From NCBI GenBank assembly GCA_965261545.1, contig CBDHDF010000010.1, positions 992,001 to 1,056,000 on the forward strand: 64,000 nt of DNA. Direction: 5' to 3'. This stretch comes from Bdellovibrionales bacterium (lineage in GTDB: Bacteria > Bdellovibrionota > Bdellovibrionia > Bdellovibrionales > UBA1609). The notes below the pieces were generated by a model. The model made no database searches and was not told the DNA's origin. It worked only from the letters and a program-made list of their open reading frames with translations. The stretch's first letter is position 1. Each line of letters begins with the position of its first letter. Both the position numbers and the translations under genes were made by a program. This document shows positions 1 through 11,587 of the stretch, in pieces.

Positions 1-2901
1 ATTGAAAAATTTCCAAAACTCGAAGAAAGGGATAAGGCGATCTTCTTAAAAGCCCATGAATTTAAGGGCTTGGGTCGCTTTGAAGAGATGGTTCGAGCTT
101 ATGGCCAGCTTGTTCGAGAGTACCCCAAGAGCCCTTATTGGGAAGAATCTCAGGTTACTATTGGTAATTATTTCTTGGACCAGAAAAAAGATATAGATAT
201 TGCATTAGACACCTTTAAACAAGTCACCAAAAGACCTCTTAATCCATTTACACCTATAGTCTACTACAAAATGGGATGGATCTACATTAATAAGGATAGT
301 TTTTATAAATCACTTCTTTATTTTGAAAAAGCCATAAAGGTGGGAAGCAAGGTTGACCTTAACCATCCCTCGGGGCTTTATAAAGCCTCTGACATACGAA
401 GAGAAGCTTTACTCGCTATGGTTTGGCCCTATTCAGAATTAACTCCAGCTCAAAAAAAATACCATGGAGGTAAGCGAAAAAATGTGATTTCGTATTTCTA
501 TAAACTCTCCCCTGACTCTAAAAGCTTCCAAAAAGTGCTACTCAAGCTAGGCCACCGGCTTACTTTGAAGAAGAATTTTATCGCTGCTACCAAGGTCTAT
601 TTTGAGGCTCTTCGTATGACGACAGATCTTGAAAAACGAATCGACATCATTGAAAGAGCCTATGTTAGCATGAAGAATACACAAAAGGATTGGCCCCTCA
701 ATGGATTTGTTGAGGAGATTATTTCTACTTTGATTAGAGTCAAGACGGACCCTACGATAAAAAAATCTTTGGTAAAAAAAGTTGTTCACGACTTTGAAAT
801 ATTTTCTAGAGATGTCTCCACGCGCCAGCAGCAAAGAGCTAAAAGATTAAGATCTTCCGAAGCTTGGAAAATGGCGATAAGAGACTATGAAAAATATTTA
901 TGGGCTTTTCCAAAAAACAAGAATGCCAAAAAAATACGCTTAAATCTTGCTGAAAGCTATTTCAATTCTAATCATTACCTGAAAGCAGCTCAACAATATG
1001 CCTGGCTAGCACGCCATTCAAAAAAATCTAATGAAAAAAAATCCTACCTGGATTCATCCATCCAATCTTATATCTCAAGCATTAGAAATGAATCATCTGG
1101 AAACCTTCTTGTTCTCAATGAAACTCGATATGGATTTCGTCGTGCAGGACGTTATTTTATGAAAAAATACCCAAAAAATGAAGCTGTTCCCGGTATCATA
1201 TTTAATATTGCTCAAACTTATTACGATGAAAGAAATCTTTCTAAAGCTGTATCTTATTTTAAAAGATATATCAGAAAGTACCCTGATGGAAAGAATGTAA
1301 AGATTGCAACCCATCTCATACTAGACTCTTTCAATCAAGTGGAAGACTTTAAAGGTCTCATTCGTGCGGGAAAATGGATTCTTGCACAAAAAAGCCTCCA
1401 AGATAGTGGTCTCAAAAATCAAGTTCGTCAAATTGTTCAACAAGCCGATTTAGAAAAAGTTTTAAGTGGATCTCAAGATATTGAGTCCTCTTCCTACACC
1501 AACAAATTATTAAAACTTGCGAGTAAATACAAGGGATCCAAGCTAGGAGATGAAGCCCTCTTTCAAGCCTTTGTCGCTTTTAAAGCAAAAAAAGACCCTC
1601 GGGCCTATGAGTCAGGGGAGCAACTTGTTCTTCAGCACGGTAAATCTAAGTACGCCCAAGAGGTGACCAATCAAATGGTTCAAATGGCTCTCACAACAGC
1701 AGATTTTAGAAGGGCTGCCATTTACCTTGAACTCTTCAACGAAAAATACCCTCGCGCAACAGGGGCCACAGAGTATTTAAAGAATGCAGCCTCTATTCGT
1801 GAGTCCATGGGAGAATTTAGTATTGCCGCCAGAAATTATGCTAAATTAGGTAACTATCACTCAGTGGCTAAAATGGATTTTCTTGCCCAAAATTGGTCTG
1901 GGCTTAAAAAGACAGCTCGAAAGGCCAAGGGCATTTATGCGCCTTACTGGGAAGGGCTGGCCCTCTATCGCCTTAAAGGCCCTGGACCTGCACAAAAGGC
2001 CTTGACGGCAGCTAGTCAAGCTTCAGCCTCGGACTATAAAGAAAAAGAAGCCGCAGCTCATGCTCTCTATTTACTTTCAAGAGGTGATTTTGAACACTAT
2101 CGAAAAATTAAACTTGTTGCCAACAATGAAGCTCAGTCTGTCAACGATAAATCAGCAAAATTAAGGCAATTAGAAGAAAAACTCAATAAAGTGATTGAGT
2201 TTGGAAATGGCAGATGGGCCATTGCCGGGCTTCAAGAACTGGGAAATGTTTATAAAGAATTTGCTAAATTTATTTATGGAGCCCCTACTCCAAGCGGGCT
2301 TAGTTCAACGGAGACAAAGCAATATGCTCAAGAAATTAGAAAGCAAGCAAAAGTCTATGAAAAAACAGCCAATCAGTTCTTTCAGCAATGCCTTGGTGTT
2401 TCATCCCGGCACCATATCTTTACAGATTTTGTAAAAGCTTGCCAAAGCCGTGGAAAAATCACTGTGAATGAAGCCTCAGAGACGAAATTCCTAGCTCGCA
2501 CAAGTTCCAAAGAACCAAAGCGTGCCAAATCTATAAGAAGAAAGTTAATAGACTCCCCTCAAAATGTGACACTCTTAAGTCGTTTGACAGAAGTATATAT
2601 CCGAGCAAAGGATTTCTCTATGGCAGAGCTTATACTCCACCGGGCTTTGGAAATTAAAAAAAATGATGCCACACTTATAGCTAAGCTTGGATCTGTTCAA
2701 CTCTATAAGAATGATCCTTCAACAGCCAATGAGTGGTTTAAAAAAGCTCTTTCCGTAAACAAGAGCCAACCTCTGGCTATTTTAGGAATGGCTGGACTCT
2801 ACAAAAAATATGGTTACAAGAAAGATTTTCTAAAATACAAGACTAAAGTGAAGCCGCAAAACTCTGCGTTTGTTCATCCGATGATGCAAAAAGTTTTGTA
2901 G
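1..2901 (+). CDS. Large TPR-repeat protein, 5'-partial; probable gliding-motility (Glt/Agm-like) component
   Basis: Frame is open from base 1. Many TPR-like helices (YYKMGWIY, NLAESYF, FNIAQTYY). Lies next to a PglI/GltG-like gene. Confidence 0.75.
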   Translation: MEKFPKLEERDKAIFLKAHEFKGLGRFEEMVRAYGQLVREYPKSPYWEESQVTIGNYFLDQKKDIDIALDTFKQVTKRPLNPFTPIVYYKMGWIYINKDSFYKSLLYFEKAIKVGSKVDLNHPSGLYKASDIRREALLAMVWPYSELTPAQKKYHGGKRKNVISYFYKLSPDSKSFQKVLLKLGHRLTLKKNFIAATKVYFEALRMTTDLEKRIDIIERAYVSMKNTQKDWPLNGFVEEIISTLIRVKTDPTIKKSLVKKVVHDFEIFSRDVSTRQQQRAKRLRSSEAWKMAIRDYEKYLWAFPKNKNAKKIRLNLAESYFNSNHYLKAAQQYAWLARHSKKSNEKKSYLDSSIQSYISSIRNESSGNLLVLNETRYGFRRAGRYFMKKYPKNEAVPGIIFNIAQTYYDERNLSKAVSYFKRYIRKYPDGKNVKIATHLILDSFNQVEDFKGLIRAGKWILAQKSLQDSGLKNQVRQIVQQADLEKVLSGSQDIESSSYTNKLLKLASKYKGSKLGDEALFQAFVAFKAKKDPRAYESGEQLVLQHGKSKYAQEVTNQMVQMALTTADFRRAAIYLELFNEKYPRATGATEYLKNAASIRESMGEFSIAARNYAKLGNYHSVAKMDFLAQNWSGLKKTARKAKGIYAPYWEGLALYRLKGPGPAQKALTAASQASASDYKEKEAAAHALYLLSRGDFEHYRKIKLVANNEAQSVNDKSAKLRQLEEKLNKVIEFGNGRWAIAGLQELGNVYKEFAKFIYGAPTPSGLSSTETKQYAQEIRKQAKVYEKTANQFFQQCLGVSSRHHIFTDFVKACQSRGKITVNEASETKFLARTSSKEPKRAKSIRRKLIDSPQNVTLLSRLTEVYIRAKDFSMAELILHRALEIKKNDATLIAKLGSVQLYKNDPSTANEWFKKALSVNKSQPLAILGMAGLYKKYGYKKDFLKYKTKVKPQNSAFVHPMMQKVL

Positions 2902-3030
2902 CTGCTCACCTAGCCCCATCTCACTGCTTGCAATTTTGCTCTTACGTCCTATCCATTCACCCTTGTTCTTCCCCTATCTAGCCCTAGGTATGTTGAGCGT
3001 AGGCCCTTATATTCCGATCATATCTCTGTC

Positions 3031-5283
3031 ATGAGTTCAAAAAACAACGATATCAATTTATATATTAAGATTCAGTATCGTAATAAAGTTGTGTTTGAAG
3101 ATATCTTTTCAAATTTTCCAATTTCCATTGGACGTCATCCAAGCAATGATATTTCTTTTCCTGAATTTAATTGGTTATCTAGACAGCATGCTTGCATTGA
3201 GGAAGTTTCAGATCAACTCGTCTTAAGAGATATGCAAAGTGGTAATGGACTTCATGCCAATGGGAAGATCATCAAAACAGTCGTTATTAAAGGCCACCAA
3301 GTTGTTAAAATTCACGAGCTAGAAATAACTTTTTCTCTCTTGGACTCAGAAGCCACAGTGATCTTACAGCAACCACCGGACCTCGATGAGAATGGTGATG
3401 AAGCCACAGAAATCGTTTCACCTGAACCCTACCTTCGTCTCCAAAAAACCTTGGTCAAGTCGTTAAATGAGTCACCAGATAAGCCCTTAAACGAATCCTT
3501 GGGTGAATCACTGGATGAGCCGGATGAGCCCTTCAGTGGGCTACTGGATAGCCCACTGAATGATTCCTTAAACGAGTCATTGGATGAATCATTGGACGTC
3601 CCCTTGAACGAACCACTCGAACCACTGGATGAATCATTCCCAGTGGATGAATATGTTCAAGCACAAACCTTTGTCTCCCCAACAAGCCCTCAAGTCACAA
3701 ACCCCACGATTACAAAAAAGGAAACAAAGACGGAGACCAGAAGCAGCCTTTCTCGCCCCCCTCTTTCATCTCCCAAAAGGAAAGTACACCCTGTAACCTC
3801 TCACCATTCCATGGAAGGACCTTCAGGTTCTGTCAACCAGACCGCTCACACTCTTTGTCACACAGATATGAAGGTCCAAGAACTTTCCAAAGCCAAAATG
3901 AGTCTTCAAGTCACCGTAACCTGGCAGGGAGATATTTATGAGAGCCGTACCTTTCGCCACGGTGAGGATGTAAGCATCGGAGTGCACGCTTCATCCATTT
4001 ACCTCCCTATTCTCAATGGGAAATACCACCTCGCTGATTATGACGGGAACTATATTTACTGCTGCCTTTCAGAAAATGGGCATGGGGAGTATATTCCTAT
4101 AAATGCGGACGCCCAACCCCTACAGCAACTCATACCCTCCCTGCCGAATAAAGAAGGAGTACGGTTCCTCAAGCTCCATGCCGGAGATATGTGTGTGATT
4201 TCTATGGGGCAAGGGATTCTAGTTTATTTACAATACATTCCCTCACCTCGACAGTTGACAAACATCCGCCCCATTCTTCCTGAAAAACTTCTTAGAAGAA
4301 CGCTCACAGTTTCAGGCATTGGTCATGTCTTTGCTATTTTATTTATGTTCTTGCTCACGCCAAAAGAGCCCGATATTAAAATACGCAACCTTCCTCCAAG
4401 AATTGCTAAGCTCCTCATTCAAAAGCCTAAAACTCCACCTCCTCCCCCACCTACACCAGTGAAACCACCGGAGCCAAAGCCCAAAGTGAAGCCCGTGGTG
4501 AAAAATAAAAAAATACCCAAGGTGAACAAGAAAAAACTTATTAAAAAAGTGGTGCGAAAAAGAAAAATACGGAAACCTCGCAAAGTTGTCGTCAGAAAGA
4601 GTAAAAAAATGCAACGAATGAACAATAGGATGGTTGTTAAAAAGAAACCACCTCGAACCAATATTAAAAAACTAGGGGCTCTTGCAGCCCTTGGTCTTCG
4701 CAGCCCCATTTCAAAACCTCGAAACCGACCTGTGGCCTTAAATATTAACCCCAAAGCGGGGGGCGCCTCTTCACCAAAAATCAATACCAAGGGAGTCATT
4801 GGAACAATCAAAACTAAAAATGGACGCTTACCTCCCGCCTTGGGCAGCTCTGGAATCCAAACTAAGGGCAAGGGCTATGGAACGGGTAAAGGCTATGGAG
4901 TCCAGGGACTCAAGGGGCGTGCCGGCTCAAGAGGCATTGCTGGAGCTGTGCAAGGTAACCCCAAGCTTCTCGAGGTTCGTCGAACCGAAGGTCTCACACA
5001 TAAGCAGGTCATGAAAGAGGTCAATCGCCATATTGCCAAAATACAAGGTTGTTATGAAAAAGCCCTTCTCAGTGCTCCTAGTATTTCAGGTCTGGTTGAA
5101 TACGAATGGCATATCACACCCAAGGGGCGAGTGAAGTGGGCCAAAGTCAAGCGCTCCGAAGTCAGCAGTGGTGATGTTTTAAATAACTGTGTTGTCAGAG
5201 TTTTTAAGAAAATGAAGTTTCCTGTGGCTCAAAACGGAGAGTCCACGGTCCCAAGAATAGGCTTCCCCTTTGGAAGGTTATAA
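3031..5283 (+). CDS. FHA-domain membrane protein with Pro/Lys-rich linker and TonB-C-like (AgmX/PglI-type) C-terminus; GltG-like
   Basis: FHA motifs IGR..ND, SRQHA, S.NG. TM segment SGIGHVFAILFMFLL. C-terminal IQGCYEKAL...G.V.YEW.I...G.V...CV...FP pattern. Confidence 0.75.
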   Translation: MSSKNNDINLYIKIQYRNKVVFEDIFSNFPISIGRHPSNDISFPEFNWLSRQHACIEEVSDQLVLRDMQSGNGLHANGKIIKTVVIKGHQVVKIHELEITFSLLDSEATVILQQPPDLDENGDEATEIVSPEPYLRLQKTLVKSLNESPDKPLNESLGESLDEPDEPFSGLLDSPLNDSLNESLDESLDVPLNEPLEPLDESFPVDEYVQAQTFVSPTSPQVTNPTITKKETKTETRSSLSRPPLSSPKRKVHPVTSHHSMEGPSGSVNQTAHTLCHTDMKVQELSKAKMSLQVTVTWQGDIYESRTFRHGEDVSIGVHASSIYLPILNGKYHLADYDGNYIYCCLSENGHGEYIPINADAQPLQQLIPSLPNKEGVRFLKLHAGDMCVISMGQGILVYLQYIPSPRQLTNIRPILPEKLLRRTLTVSGIGHVFAILFMFLLTPKEPDIKIRNLPPRIAKLLIQKPKTPPPPPPTPVKPPEPKPKVKPVVKNKKIPKVNKKKLIKKVVRKRKIRKPRKVVVRKSKKMQRMNNRMVVKKKPPRTNIKKLGALAALGLRSPISKPRNRPVALNINPKAGGASSPKINTKGVIGTIKTKNGRLPPALGSSGIQTKGKGYGTGKGYGVQGLKGRAGSRGIAGAVQGNPKLLEVRRTEGLTHKQVMKEVNRHIAKIQGCYEKALLSAPSISGLVEYEWHITPKGRVKWAKVKRSEVSSGDVLNNCVVRVFKKMKFPVAQNGESTVPRIGFPFGRL

Positions 5284-5684
5284 AGGAATACGATCCCGCC
5301 AATTCTCTCTGGATTATACGGCTGGTCCAAGAAGGCAGTCCTCCGTGTACAACCAGATTAGCGTCGCTCTCTGGCAAATCTCGATTCCTGTGGTATTTGG
5401 GACCTTATCTGGTCCCCATTCCTACCTCTATTTCTTATCAGATGAGATTTGTTTCTTCGGACACCCTTGTCCTCGTCTACACGTTCCCCTCCTCTAGGGT
5501 CGTGATCAATCTTTCATTGACTAATTCCTGCCCATGCCGGGGACACCACCGAGCAAAGTTACCTTACTTTGTGAGTCCATGCGGCTTTATTGCGATGCAT
5601 CTTGATGTCAATTCGTACCTCAAGTTTATATTTTTTTATTGACAACAGTTATAATTATTCAGTAGGTGCTCCTTACGCTAGCTA

Positions 5685-7831
5685 GTTCCTGTCCAGGGAA
5701 GAAAGTTAAGTAGTTTTAAGTATTTACATGCCTTCCCTTTAGATTTTATGCTTTAAAATGGAGTCCATCAAACATAATCCGTGTAAATTCAGTTACTTAC
5801 ATAAAACGGAAAAATAAAATAAGTTCCCCCCCCCCTCTCTTGACGAACCTTTCACAGCCCCTCCCTTTCAGTGACTTATGTGGCTATCAACTGGTTACTT
5901 GATATGAGAGGAAGAGTTGGATCAACCTGTGTTTCCACCGTGGTGATTTCAAACCTCCTTCAGGGAAATAACATTACGTTGCGCATCAACTTCAAAAAAT
6001 ACTTGACGTGTTTTTTCAGAGAAATAATTTTTGATATTTTATTCTTCATTTATTTTTTATGTAGGTTTTAGGAGGCGTGGGAACCTCTCTATGAGGTAGA
6101 ATTCTTATCCATGTTCTCCGAGAACCTCTCTGATTTTTTTCTTCTTAAAAGACATCCTTGCTCACTTTTTTCCCTCAAAAAAACGTATGTTAATATAAAA
6201 ATTAAAGAGAAACTTTCACCAAAGGGGGGACTATGCGCCATTTGAAGAAGACACAGTTGGGACTCTTTTCCCAATATCCTAACCACCAACTCAGTACAGA
6301 ATTGCAGCAAATTAATAACATCATTGATCGCCATCCAGAGTTTGCCCATATGGTTCATGAAGACCTTGTTAAAGAAAAGAAAGATTCTGGTGATATTGGT
6401 ATGACATCGGAGCAAGTTCTCAAGGTGGCTATTCTTAAATCCATAAGAGGTCTTTCCTATCGTGCGTTAGCCTTTAATCTTGTCGATTCAGTATCCACCA
6501 GAGCTTTTCTGGGCCTTGAATTGGAAGAAAATTACGCTCACTCCACCTTACAGGACTTGATTGTTCAAATAAGTGAAGAAACTTGGGGAATTATTAGCGC
6601 CTCTTTAGTTTCAGATGCAAGAGATCAAAAGATTGAGCCGTGTAAGAAAATGAGATTGGACAGTACAGTGACGAAATCAAATATTCATCATCCAACGGAT
6701 GCATCCCTTTTATATGACTGCATAAGAGTTACAGAAAGAGAATTTAAAAAAGTTCGTAAAAATGTCATGAAAGATTTTTGGCGACTTATTTCAAGAGAAG
6801 ATCTTAAGAGAGCAAAAACCTTGCTTTACAAAATTAATAATTCCAAAAATGATGCGGAAAGACTACCTTGCTATAAGGAGCTTTTAAAAATCGCTACCAA
6901 ATTGAACAAAGGATTACCTGATACCATCAGAAAGATAAAAAAAGAACAAAAATGTGTGAAGATGAATGCTTTGAAAAAGAGTCTAAAACAGTTAGAAAAT
7001 GTTGCCTTCTACCTGGAAAAAATCATCTTTCAAACTCAAAAAAGAGTTATTGAGGGGAAAAAAGTATCTTCTGAAAAAAAGGTCCTATCCATCTTTGAAC
7101 CGCATACAGACATTATTGTAAAGGGGCAAAGAGAAGTCGAGTTTGGGCATAAAATCTTTTTGACCTCAGGGCAAAGCAACATGATTTTAGATTGTCAGAT
7201 CCCTGATGGCAACCCCGCAGACTCTGATATGTTTTTAAAAGTTATGAATTCAGTGACACAAACCTATGGGGCTTGCCCTGTAAAAGTAAGTGCAGATGGT
7301 GGGTTTGCTTCAAAAGAAAATCTTGAAGAGGCCAAAGAGATGGGGGCTAAAGATGTTTGCTTCCCAGAAAAAAAAGGAATGAAAATATTAAAGATGGTTA
7401 AAAGTGCTTGGGTCTTTAAAAATCTTCTCAATTGGAGAGCCGGAATAGAGGCTGTTATTTCATTCCTTAAGAGATGTTTTGGTATGAGAGTTGCTTACTG
7501 GAAAGGGCATGATGGTTTTAAGAGGTATGTAAAGAATGCCGTTTGTGCCTATAATTTTGTTGTCTTGGCAAGACATGAATTATCAACTGTCACCTAAATT
7601 TATCCATTAGGAATAACAGCAATGGACCAGGTCGAAGGTGCTAAAATCTTCCAAAGGTAGGGGTGCGTCTTCAAATCGAAAAAACTAGGGCGCAAGTCGC
7701 TTAAAGACCTTTTTCCCCTTAATCTGTAGAGTTTGTGTGGCAAATCTCCAACTCTCACTCCCCCATTGAGGCATTGGGAGGCTCAATGGGGAGTGTCAGA
7801 GAACAAAAAATGGGCCTTTCTGGACAGAAAC
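5685..7831 (+). mobile_element. ISNCY (ISDol1-like) insertion sequence, intact copy 1
   Basis: TIR GTTCCTGTCCAG / CTGGACAGAAAC, flanked by TAGCTA at 5679-5684 and 7832-7837. Near-identical inverted copy at 12700-17301. Confidence 0.9.
6233..7597 (+). CDS. DDE transposase (ISNCY/IS5-like)
   Basis: RLDSTV...NIHHPTD, EFGHK, SADGGF and WRAGIEAVIS.LKR motifs. Confidence 0.9.
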   Translation: MRHLKKTQLGLFSQYPNHQLSTELQQINNIIDRHPEFAHMVHEDLVKEKKDSGDIGMTSEQVLKVAILKSIRGLSYRALAFNLVDSVSTRAFLGLELEENYAHSTLQDLIVQISEETWGIISASLVSDARDQKIEPCKKMRLDSTVTKSNIHHPTDASLLYDCIRVTEREFKKVRKNVMKDFWRLISREDLKRAKTLLYKINNSKNDAERLPCYKELLKIATKLNKGLPDTIRKIKKEQKCVKMNALKKSLKQLENVAFYLEKIIFQTQKRVIEGKKVSSEKKVLSIFEPHTDIIVKGQREVEFGHKIFLTSGQSNMILDCQIPDGNPADSDMFLKVMNSVTQTYGACPVKVSADGGFASKENLEEAKEMGAKDVCFPEKKGMKILKMVKSAWVFKNLLNWRAGIEAVISFLKRCFGMRVAYWKGHDGFKRYVKNAVCAYNFVVLARHELSTVT

Positions 7832-7929
7832 TAGCTACATAATTAATTATAACCATAGCAACAGTCAGCTCGTTACTTCTATGTTGCAAATTAAGCCAAA
7901 CCACCCCAATTCCAATTAGGAGGAACATT

Positions 7930-8202
7930 ATGATTGCAAATATAATCACTAAAAGTATTTCTAGTAGAAACATCAAAAACACTTCCAAATACCTATGTGC
8001 ACTATGCTTGCTTATTACAACGCCATCAGTCCATGCCATTTCTAGTGGCAATAGTTCCGCTGCCAGTGCTGCCAGTTCTGCAGCCAGCGTTGCATCTTTT
8101 AACCAAGCTCTCATAGCCTCCAAACTCAGTGTGACGGCAGCAAGTCTTGCTAGTCAAGCTGCTGTAGAAGCATCTGTGCAAGCCATTGAAGCAACTTTAG
8201 AG
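7930..8202 (+). pseudogene. N-terminal half of an Ala/Ser/Val-rich secreted hypothetical protein, split by the 21-kb nested insertion
   Basis: Signal-peptide-like start. Joins in frame (...AIEATLE|LGRKVV...) to 29322-29678 after removing the insert and one copy of TSD CTTTAGAG, giving 209 aa. Confidence 0.85.
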
Positions 8203-9773
8203 GTAACTATTCAGGGGGTGGGCGAATTCGAGTCATAAATGAGGGAAGTTTTCCTTGAAATAGCATATTTAGAGCATCTTTAGGTTCTATGCCATTTTTC
8301 TGGCAAGTCAGGAGAAAGCTTCGGTTTCTACAAAATGTCTTGGCTCCCATCAACGAACGAAAGCACCCAGATATTTTCTGCTGAACTTTGGTCATTCTCA
8401 GATCATTTTCTGCTATATTATTCGTAAATGGAACTATGGGGTCCTTCATAAAGAGCAAGGTATCATCTTCAAAGTTTCTCAGTCGATCTAGTAAATTTCT
8501 AGATTTGGATTGTTTAACCTTTCCCTTCTTTTTTTTCTCTGTCCTCTCCATTAATGGAGATTCCTTTTCCCCTTCGAAGAGAATATTTCGATATTTCTCT
8601 TTGTAATATTCAATTCGGTCTTGTGAAAGGCATTGGTTCTGCGTATCGTGCACCTCTTTGTTTATTGTCTCTAAAAGAGACTTCATTTCTTTTGCCCATT
8701 TTTGATCATCTTGCTCCCAAGCTCTTTGAAGCTCCCTTAAATGGTGCGCATTGCAAAGGGCATGAATGCAGGAAGTATATGTATAATAAGGTTTCCAATG
8801 GTCATGACAAACAATCCCTGTGTATTTTGGAAGAATTCCCATGCGATCCATAGCCTCTGCGCCTCTTTTTTCGTCCACCTGATAGAGAACCACAGTATCA
8901 TTGGACAAGAGGTGAAACCACAGCCTCTTCCCATTAACATTCACTCCAGTTTCGTCAGCATGAATCAAAGGTGAGTTCAGAAGAGTTTCCTTTGCCCACT
9001 CCTCAAAAGCTTCCAGAGCCTCAAAGGCAGATTTGTTAAAATTGTGTACCGTAGATCCAGCAAGCGATAGACCCCATTGATTAAAGTAACTTGCGACTCG
9101 AAGATGAGGGATTAACTGAAACTGGGACATATAAACTGAGTGAGCTTTCACAGAAGGGCCATATTGAGTTGGGTTATTGATTCCTTCTGGAAAACCTGCA
9201 ACCCACTGATTCCCATCTTGGTCTTCGAGGATTTCTCCTTGATACTCCGTGACATGCACAGAAAGGTCTACCTCAAATACTTGACGCTTTTCAACTCCAG
9301 AAGAAATGTAATCACCTGGAGGAAGTTCCTCTTTATTAATAGAAATGAACTCCACCTTGTCTGGAGTATCCACGGGTTTTAAAGTAGCTCCTTCGTGTCC
9401 GGGTTGTCCTCCTGGCTTCTTACCAGTTTCTTCCTTAGGTTTCTTTTTAGGGCCATTCGGATCTTGAGAAGGGGCAATACTACTGTTTTGACTATTTAAT
9501 TTTTTTTGATTTACTAGAATAGTGATGATTTTGATCAACAACTCAATGGCCACAATAAAAGCGGGAGAAAGGGACTTCTCTTTCTTAAGAAGCTTCCCAT
9601 AGGTGTTCGTGGTTTTTTTCTAATTTTAATTCCGAATTAATGGAAATACTTTTCAAGCCTCCTTTTTTACATAGAGGGAAGTGGGCGATTTATAAATATT
9701 TATAGATGGTATTTTGAGAAATGGACGCAGATTGACATTTGATATCCACGACAAGCCATGTGTTTTAAGAGAC

Positions 9774-10237
9774 TTAATTGTGTAACGAAAGAACTGTGGA
9801 CTTTTGGGAACAACAGAATTTAAATTTCTTTCCACTTCCGCATGGACAGGATTGATTTCTTTCAATTTTTTCGCTTTGGTCATTTTTCTGCTGTGATGCC
9901 GACATATCTTCAGTTACAATTTTTTTTTCTTTTCATCTTCCAAATCCTCATCCAAATTATCAAAAAGAATATCTCCTAGATTCTGGTGAAAGTAACGATT
10001 TTTAAATTGAGATATGAGCATCATAAAAATACATGTAAGAACCAAAAGTGTGAGTGAAGCAAAAAACAAATAAGATGCTTGCATCTGAGTTAATGGGAGG
10101 ATGAGTGCCAGTAAATAACCAAATCCAAATACCAATAAGGAAATAAAAAGAGATATAAAGGATCCCAAAGAAAGTAATATTAAAAGTCCAAAAATCATTG
10201 CTATTTTTTGCTCCTGTCGAATACAATGAATCCGCAT
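9774..10237 (-). pseudogene. IS4 passenger membrane protein with SEC-C motif, frameshifted copy
   Basis: Nearly identical to intact 55309-55773 but one base shorter near 9925, with further substitutions in the SEC-C coding part. Confidence 0.75.
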
Positions 10238-10342
10238 AGATACAAGTGAGTTATCTACAGACTTAATGATTCTCGCGTTAGTATCTTAATAGGTCAAGAT
10301 TAATTGGAGGAAATTTTTATTTTTTAAACGCAGGGGGCAAAT

Positions 10343-11587
10343 ATGAGCACGGAAGCTCAAACACTTAAAACGATCAAAAAATGTTTCAAGAAAGTTATTC
10401 CTGAAAAGGACTCTCGGGCAACCATTCCACCTCTTGAGTTTATTGTGGCTCTTGTCTTGTCATTCCAGGGAGACTCTAAGACATATTCAATAGAGGGGAT
10501 TAGGAGGTTTATGATAAGTCATTTAGGGTTAAGAATTGAAAGACACAGCTTCTGGGAAAGACTCTCTAGAAAAAGATTAAAAAAGCTTCTGAGTAAACTG
10601 GTTGAAATGCTCATGATAAAGCTATCTCATGGAGCTTTTCATGGAAGCAAAGCCATATTATTACAACTGGGAGTCTCAGACGTTCTTCTTGTTGACTCAA
10701 GCACAATAAGCCTTTGGGATGGAGCATCTGAGAATTTTCCAGGGACAAGAACAAACGCAGGAATTAAATGGCACGCTTGTTTCAGTTTATTCAGTGGTAT
10801 AATGACTTGGTTCGAATTAACTCCGTCTTCCACTAACGATAGGAAGTGCTTTCCTGATATAAAGGAACTCGTTGGAAAATTAGTCATCTTTGATTTGGGA
10901 TATTGGGACTATGGCTTATTGTCATCTATTCATGAAGCTAAAGGATTTTTCTTGTCTAGAGTGAAGTCAAATGCCTCTATTCTTATTGATGCTGTTGTTG
11001 AAGGTTTGCCAGATTACTATGTTGGAAAAGAGTTCTCTGATATTAAACTCAAGAAAAAAAACGATGTTGTTGAATTTATAGGCAGTGTCTTGTCCAATGG
11101 TAAATGGGTAAGTTTGAGAATTGTAGGCTTCTGGAATTCCTCCGAAAAACGCTATCATTGGTATTGCACGAATTTAGATGTGGCAGCGGAGTCCATATAT
11201 CCAATTTATCGTTTACGTTGGCAATGTGAACTTATTTTCAAATCTTGTAAGAATTCTTTGAATGCAAATCAGATCACCTCAAACGATCAAAATATCATAG
11301 AGAGTCTTCTTCTTGCTTCATTAGCGGCTCACCTCACATCAAGTGTTGTTTTGAGGATAGGAAGAACTAAACTCAATAAGGAACAAAATGACTCCACATC
11401 GTTTCAAAGAGTTGCTAAGGTTACCGTCTTATTAGCCTCTGATTTTATCAAATATCTCCTAAGCTCATCTCAAAAGTATTTAAATATTTTGATAGAGAAG
11501 ATCAAGATATTCTCCCATGAAATTTATGACACAAACTACCGACGGCGAAAAACATCAATGAATATGGCTAAAAAGGTCTTGCTATGA
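10343..11587 (+). CDS. IS4-family DDE transposase
   Basis: LVDSSTISL, IFDLGY and YRLRWQCELIFK (YREK-like) motifs. Confidence 0.92.
   Translation: MSTEAQTLKTIKKCFKKVIPEKDSRATIPPLEFIVALVLSFQGDSKTYSIEGIRRFMISHLGLRIERHSFWERLSRKRLKKLLSKLVEMLMIKLSHGAFHGSKAILLQLGVSDVLLVDSSTISLWDGASENFPGTRTNAGIKWHACFSLFSGIMTWFELTPSSTNDRKCFPDIKELVGKLVIFDLGYWDYGLLSSIHEAKGFFLSRVKSNASILIDAVVEGLPDYYVGKEFSDIKLKKKNDVVEFIGSVLSNGKWVSLRIVGFWNSSEKRYHWYCTNLDVAAESIYPIYRLRWQCELIFKSCKNSLNANQITSNDQNIIESLLLASLAAHLTSSVVLRIGRTKLNKEQNDSTSFQRVAKVTVLLASDFIKYLLSSSQKYLNILIEKIKIFSHEIYDTNYRRRKTSMNMAKKVLL

Noticed and set aside
4339..4871. Antisense ORFs here and opposite gcvP, pil genes, transposases and the Lys-rich gene
   Set aside because: Shadow frames of well-supported genes with no recognisable motifs.
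5871..6071. 66-aa ORF in the ISNCY leader (also 16917-17117)
   Set aside because: No SD or motif; identity between copies reflects recent duplication, not conservation.
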